64,000 nt of DNA from an uncultured Gemmatimonadales bacterium (GTDB lineage: Bacteria; Gemmatimonadota; Gemmatimonadetes; Longimicrobiales; RSA9), in the NCBI GenBank assembly GCA_963783305.1, contig CAWAMW010000016.1, positions 192,001-256,000 on the forward strand, read 5' to 3'. A program made the translations under genes and the position numbers. Shown one piece after another: positions 59,822 to 64,000 of the stretch (positions within the stretch are counted from its first letter, which is position 1; every line of letters starts with the position of its first letter). Below the pieces are notes generated by a model. It saw only the letters and a list, made by a program, of their open reading frames with translations, searched no databases and was not told where the DNA came from.

Positions 59822-61840
59822 TCACCGGCTGAGCAGCGACCGGACCCGGCCGGCAACGTCCGCGGGCGTGAAGCCATACTCCCGGAACACCTCCTGCGCC
59901 GGGGCCGATGCCCCGAACCGCGAGATCCCCACCACATCGCCGTCGATGCCGACCCAGCGGTGCCAGCCCACCGTGCTCCCGGCCTCCACCGCCACGCGCG
60001 CACGGATCTGCGGGGGCAGCACGTCGTCCCGGTACTCCCGGGGCTGTCGCGCGAAGATCGTCCAGCTGGGCATGCTCACCACTCGCGCCCGCACACCCTC
60101 GTCGGCCAGAATGCTCCGGGCCTCCAGGGCCAGCGCGACCTCGGAGCCGGTGGCGATGAGGATCACCTCCGGATCCCCGCCCTCCGCCTCCGCCAGGACG
60201 TATGCCCCACGATGCAGCCCGTCCGCCGAAGCGAGCCGGTCGCGATCGAGGTGCGGCACGTTCTGGCGCGTCAGGGCCATGAACACCGGGCCGTCGGTGT
60301 TCTCCATGGCGAACCGCCATGCTTCCCTCGTTTCGCTGGCGTCCGCCGGGCGCAGGTCCACCAGACCCGGGATGGCGCGGAGCGTCGACAGCTGCTCGAT
60401 GGGCTGGTGCGTGGGGCCGTCCTCCCCGAGGCCCACGCTGTCGTGGGTGAAGACGTAGATCGTCGGCAGCTCCATGAGCGCCGCGAGCCGGATCGGGGGC
60501 CGCATGTAGTCGGAGAAGATCAGGAAGGTGGCCCCGTACGGCCGCACGCCGCCATGCAGCGACAGCCCGTTCATGACGCCGCCCATGCCGTGCTCCCGCA
60601 CGCCGAAATGGAGGTTGCGTCCCTCGGGCGTTTCCGCCTGGAGGTCGCCGCCGCCGTCGATCACGGTATTGTTCGACGGCCCCAGGTCGGCCGACCCCCC
60701 TATGAGCCACGGGACCCGCGCAGCGATGGCGTTGAGCACCTGACCGCTCGCCTTCCGCGTGGCCATGGGCTTGTCACCGGCGCTCCAGGCCGGGAGCTCC
60801 GCGTCCCAGCCGTCCGGGAGCTCCATCCGGAGCGCCGCCGTCAGCCGCGCCGCGAGCTCCGGGTACGCCCCTTCGTACGCCGACCACCGCTCCCTCCAGC
60901 CCTGGTGCCATTCACGGCCCCGTTCCGCGGCCGCACCCATGTGCTGCCGCACTTCGTCTGGCACGAGGAAGAACTCCTCCTCCGGCCAGCCCAGGTTCCG
61001 CTTCGTCGCCGCCACCTCTTCCTCGCCCAGCGGGGCGCCGTGCGCGTCGGCGGACCCGGCCTTGGCGGGCGAGCCATACCCGATGACCGTCCGGACCGCG
61101 ATCATGGAAGGTCGACCCTCCGCCTTCGCCTCCCGGATCGCCGCGTCCATGGCCTCCAGATCGTTCCCATCGTCCACCCGTGCAGTGTGCCAGCCGTAGG
61201 CCTCGAAGCGCCCGAGCACGTCCTCCGAGAACGCCAGGTCGGTCTTACCCTCGATGGTGATCCCGTTGTCGTCCCAGAAGCAGATGAGCTTTCCGAGCCC
61301 CAGGTGACCGGCGAGCGACGCCGCTTCCGACGCCACCCCCTCCATCAGGTCGCCGTCGGAGCAGATCACGTACGTGTGGTGGTCGATGACCGCGTGGTCG
61401 GGCCGGTTGTAGAGGCGGGCCAGGTGCCGCTCCGCCAGCGCCATACCCACGCCGTTGGCGAAGCCCTGGCCGAGTGGCCCGGTAGTGGTCTCGACGCCCG
61501 GGGTATGGCGGTACTCCGGGTGCCCCGGCGTGCGGCTGCCCCACTGCCGGAAGTTCCGCAGCTCCTCGAGCGCCAGGTCGTAGCCGGTCAGGTGGAGCAT
61601 GGAGTAGAGCAGCATGGATGCGTGCCCCGCCGACAGGATGAAGCGATCCCTGTCGGGCCACGCCGGGTCGTTCGGGTCGTGCCGGAGGTGCCGTTCCCAG
61701 AGGACGTACGCCAGCGGCGCCAGCGCCATGGGCGTGCCCGGGTGGCCCGAGTTGGCGGCCTGCACGGCGTCCATCGAGAGGGTGCGGATCGTGTCGATGC
61801 TGCGCTGCGCAGCCGTCGTCGTCGTGGGTAAGGTCGTCAT
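59822..61840 (-). CDS. tkt: Transketolase
   Basis: [63 protein letters not shown]. Confidence 0.97.
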   Translation of the reverse strand: MTTLPTTTTAAQRSIDTIRTLSMDAVQAANSGHPGTPMALAPLAYVLWERHLRHDPNDPAWPDRDRFILSAGHASMLLYSMLHLTGYDLALEELRNFRQWGSRTPGHPEYRHTPGVETTTGPLGQGFANGVGMALAERHLARLYNRPDHAVIDHHTYVICSDGDLMEGVASEAASLAGHLGLGKLICFWDDNGITIEGKTDLAFSEDVLGRFEAYGWHTARVDDGNDLEAMDAAIREAKAEGRPSMIAVRTVIGYGSPAKAGSADAHGAPLGEEEVAATKRNLGWPEEEFFLVPDEVRQHMGAAAERGREWHQGWRERWSAYEGAYPELAARLTAALRMELPDGWDAELPAWSAGDKPMATRKASGQVLNAIAARVPWLIGGSADLGPSNNTVIDGGGDLQAETPEGRNLHFGVREHGMGGVMNGLSLHGGVRPYGATFLIFSDYMRPPIRLAALMELPTIYVFTHDSVGLGEDGPTHQPIEQLSTLRAIPGLVDLRPADASETREAWRFAMENTDGPVFMALTRQNVPHLDRDRLASADGLHRGAYVLAEAEGGDPEVILIATGSEVALALEARSILADEGVRARVVSMPSWTIFARQPREYRDDVLPPQIRARVAVEAGSTVGWHRWVGIDGDVVGISRFGASAPAQEVFREYGFTPADVAGRVRSLLSR

Positions 61841-62001
61841 CGGTCTTCGGTTGTCGTGAATCGATAGTTGGTCCGGGACGCGTGCTCCGCGCCCGGGCGC
61901 AGGATCGTGGAAGGGAATCCCGGCTGGTTCGACGAGTCGGGGAAGTGCTGGGTCTCCAGCGCCATTCCGCTCCGCGGTCCGTAGACCGTTCCGTTCCTGC
62001 C
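61837..62001 (-). pseudogene. galM: C-terminal remnant of aldose 1-epimerase (about 54 aa)
   Basis: [37 protein letters not shown]...TNYRF*. The stop overlaps the tkt ATG and the rest of the gene is absent. Confidence 0.82.
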
Positions 62002-62105
62002 CCGGCTCCGCCACCCGCGCCGCCACCCGCGCCGCCAGTGCCGGCCGGCCCGCCGCGCTCTCCTTCCGGAGGCCCGGCTCCGGAGCGTGAACACCCCGGG
62101 CCCGC

Positions 62106-63329
62106 TCAGCCCTCGAACTCCCGGAGAATCTCCAGCACGCGGTCCACGTCCGACTCCGTGTGGTCGGCGTTGATCTGGAACCGGATCTCCTCGTCGCCCT
62201 TGGGCACCACCGGGAACGCCAGGCCCGTCGCCAGGACCCCGTGGTCGAACAGGTGGCGGACGAGCGCCCGGGTGCGCGCGGTGTCTCTCACCATGAGCGG
62301 GACCACCGGGTGGTCGCCGGGGATCGTCTCCATCCCGAGTCGGTGGAGCCCCTCGTCGAACCGCTTCGTGAGCGACCGGAGCTTTTCCAGCAGATGCTTG
62401 CCGAGCGGGCTGTCCAGCACTTCCAGCGCGGTCGCGGCCGCTCTCGCCTCGCCGGGGGTGATGGGATTGCTGTAAATGTAGAAGGGCGACGTCTCCCGCA
62501 GGAACCGGATCACCGCGCTCGGGCCCACGATATAGCCGCCGTTCACGCCGAACGCCTTCCCCAGCGTGCCGATCAGCAGGTCTACGCGGCCGTTCGTGTA
62601 TTCCTCCGTGCCCCGACCCGTGGTGCCGAACGCGCCCACGCCGTGGGAGTCGTCCGCGACGACGAACACGTTCTCCTCGACGCGCGCGTCGTACTTCCGG
62701 GCGATGGCCATGATCCGGTCCAGCGGCGCGTGGTCGCCACGCATGCTGAAGATCCCGTCCGTGACGATCATCAGCCGCTTCGCCCGCCCGACCGCCTCCT
62801 TGCACGCACGGTCGAGCGCGTCCATGTCCAGGTGCGGGTACACGACCTTGTTCGCTGGCCGCGCCAGCCGCATGGCGTTGATGATGGAGTTGTGGTTCAG
62901 CTCGTCGCTGATGACGATGGTCTCCGGCGTGATCAGCGGACTGATGATGCCCATCACCGTGGCGTAGGCGGAGCTGTAGATCATGCCCGCCTCCCGGCCG
63001 TGGAACTCCGCCAGGCCCGCCTCCAGCTCGACGTGCGCCTCGTACGTCCCGCTGATGAAGCGCACCGCGCCCGGGCCCGCGCCGTACGCCTGGCTGCCGG
63101 ATTCCTCCGCCTCGATGACCGCGTCGCGCAGTCCCATTCCCAGATAGGAGTTGGAGTTCATCCGGATGAACTGCTTCTCCCCTTCGCCCCGCAGCATGAA
63201 CCGTGGCCCACGCCCTTCCTCCGGCTTCAGCACCCGCGTCACCACCGCTTCCTTCCCCTTCGCGCGGTCCTCGGACTCGAGCTCACGGACGTGGTCGTCC
63301 AGTACGGAAATCAACTTGTCGAGTGGCAT
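62106..63329 (-). CDS. kbl: Glycine C-acetyltransferase (2-amino-3-ketobutyrate CoA ligase)
   Basis: [49 protein letters not shown]; adjacent to tdh. Confidence 0.88.
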   Translation of the reverse strand: MPLDKLISVLDDHVRELESEDRAKGKEAVVTRVLKPEEGRGPRFMLRGEGEKQFIRMNSNSYLGMGLRDAVIEAEESGSQAYGAGPGAVRFISGTYEAHVELEAGLAEFHGREAGMIYSSAYATVMGIISPLITPETIVISDELNHNSIINAMRLARPANKVVYPHLDMDALDRACKEAVGRAKRLMIVTDGIFSMRGDHAPLDRIMAIARKYDARVEENVFVVADDSHGVGAFGTTGRGTEEYTNGRVDLLIGTLGKAFGVNGGYIVGPSAVIRFLRETSPFYIYSNPITPGEARAAATALEVLDSPLGKHLLEKLRSLTKRFDEGLHRLGMETIPGDHPVVPLMVRDTARTRALVRHLFDHGVLATGLAFPVVPKGDEEIRFQINADHTESDVDRVLEILREFEG

Positions 63330-63336
63330 GTTTCGG

Positions 63337-64000
63337 CTATCTGGATTCGAGTTGCACGCCCAGCCGGTCGGCCAGGCGCGTGAGCATGTCCGCGACCATG
63401 GCGTCCAGGTCGTATTCGTGGCTCCAGCCCCACTCCTGGCGGGCCGCAGAGTCATCCACGCGGCGCGGCCAGCTTTCGGCGATCCGCTGGCGCGCCGGGT
63501 CGATGTCGTAGTGGATCTCGAACGCCGGCATGTGGACCTGGATCGCCCGGGCGAGCCGGACAGGCGTCAGCTGCATTGCCGCGACGTTGAAGGCGTTCCT
63601 GTGCCGGAGCGTGTCGGCGGGGGCATCCATGAGCTCCATGGCGGCGCGGAGCGCGTCCGGCATGTACATCATGTCCAGCTGGGTGTCGGGCTCGAGATAG
63701 CAGGTGTAGCGACCGTCCAGCAGTGCGGCGTGAAAGATCTGGACGGCGTAATCGGTGGTGCCGCCGCCCGGGGGCGCCGCGTAGCTGATGAGCCCCGGGT
63801 AGCGCAGTCCCCGCGCGTTCACTCCGAAGCGGGTGTGGTAGTAGTCGGCGAGCAGCTCCCCGGCCACCTTCGTGACGCCGTACATGGTATTGGGGCGCTG
63901 GATGGTGTCCTGCGGCGTCGGGTCGCCCGGCGTGTCCGGTCCGAAGGCGGCGATGGAGCTGGGTGTGAATACGTCGCATTCGTGGCGTCGGGCGGCCTCC
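63337..64000 (-). CDS. tdh: L-threonine 3-dehydrogenase, SDR type (partial, runs off window end)
   Basis: PSSIAAFGP, QRPNTMYGVTK (YxxxK), LRYPGLIS, PGGGTTDYAV, MMYMPDA. Confidence 0.88.
   Translation of the reverse strand, partial: EAARRHECDVFTPSSIAAFGPDTPGDPTPQDTIQRPNTMYGVTKVAGELLADYYHTRFGVNARGLRYPGLISYAAPPGGGTTDYAVQIFHAALLDGRYTCYLEPDTQLDMMYMPDALRAAMELMDAPADTLRHRNAFNVAAMQLTPVRLARAIQVHMPAFEIHYDIDPARQRIAESWPRRVDDSAARQEWGWSHEYDLDAMVADMLTRLADRLGVQLESR

Overview
High-GC bacterial chromosomal window, about 45 CDS. The protein families suggest Gemmatimonadota, but that is inference. From left to right it holds: the end of a feo operon (feoB, a Cys-rich protein, feoA); a DUF4956 gene coupled to an unusual CYTH/Nudix-like-PPK1 fusion; a carbonic anhydrase / PLP decarboxylase / flavin amine oxidase block; a 2-oxoacid:acceptor oxidoreductase operon whose delta subunit carries a GltD-like flavoprotein; an L,D-transpeptidase and TerC. 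The best candidate for an undescribed system is a 12.5 kb two-operon cluster at 18435-30976. It encodes an HMG-CoA reductase-like enzyme, a UbiA-like prenyltransferase, a PEP-utilising phosphotransferase, DUF3419/BtaA-like, a polyprenol kinase-like protein, an AMP-ligase, a GNAT and an MMPL transporter, and looks like a dedicated lipid or prenylated-metabolite pathway. Next come a Rep/UvrD helicase and three consecutive disrupted genes (CSLREA-like lipoprotein, SARP-TPR regulator, cyclic beta-1,2-glucan synthase). The right end has transporters, tandem YafK-like paralogues, a double Spy/CpxP-like protein, tkt, a galM remnant, kbl and a partial tdh. I saw no tRNA, rRNA, CRISPR array, integrase or transposase. 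All calls come from reading motifs by eye; no searches were run.
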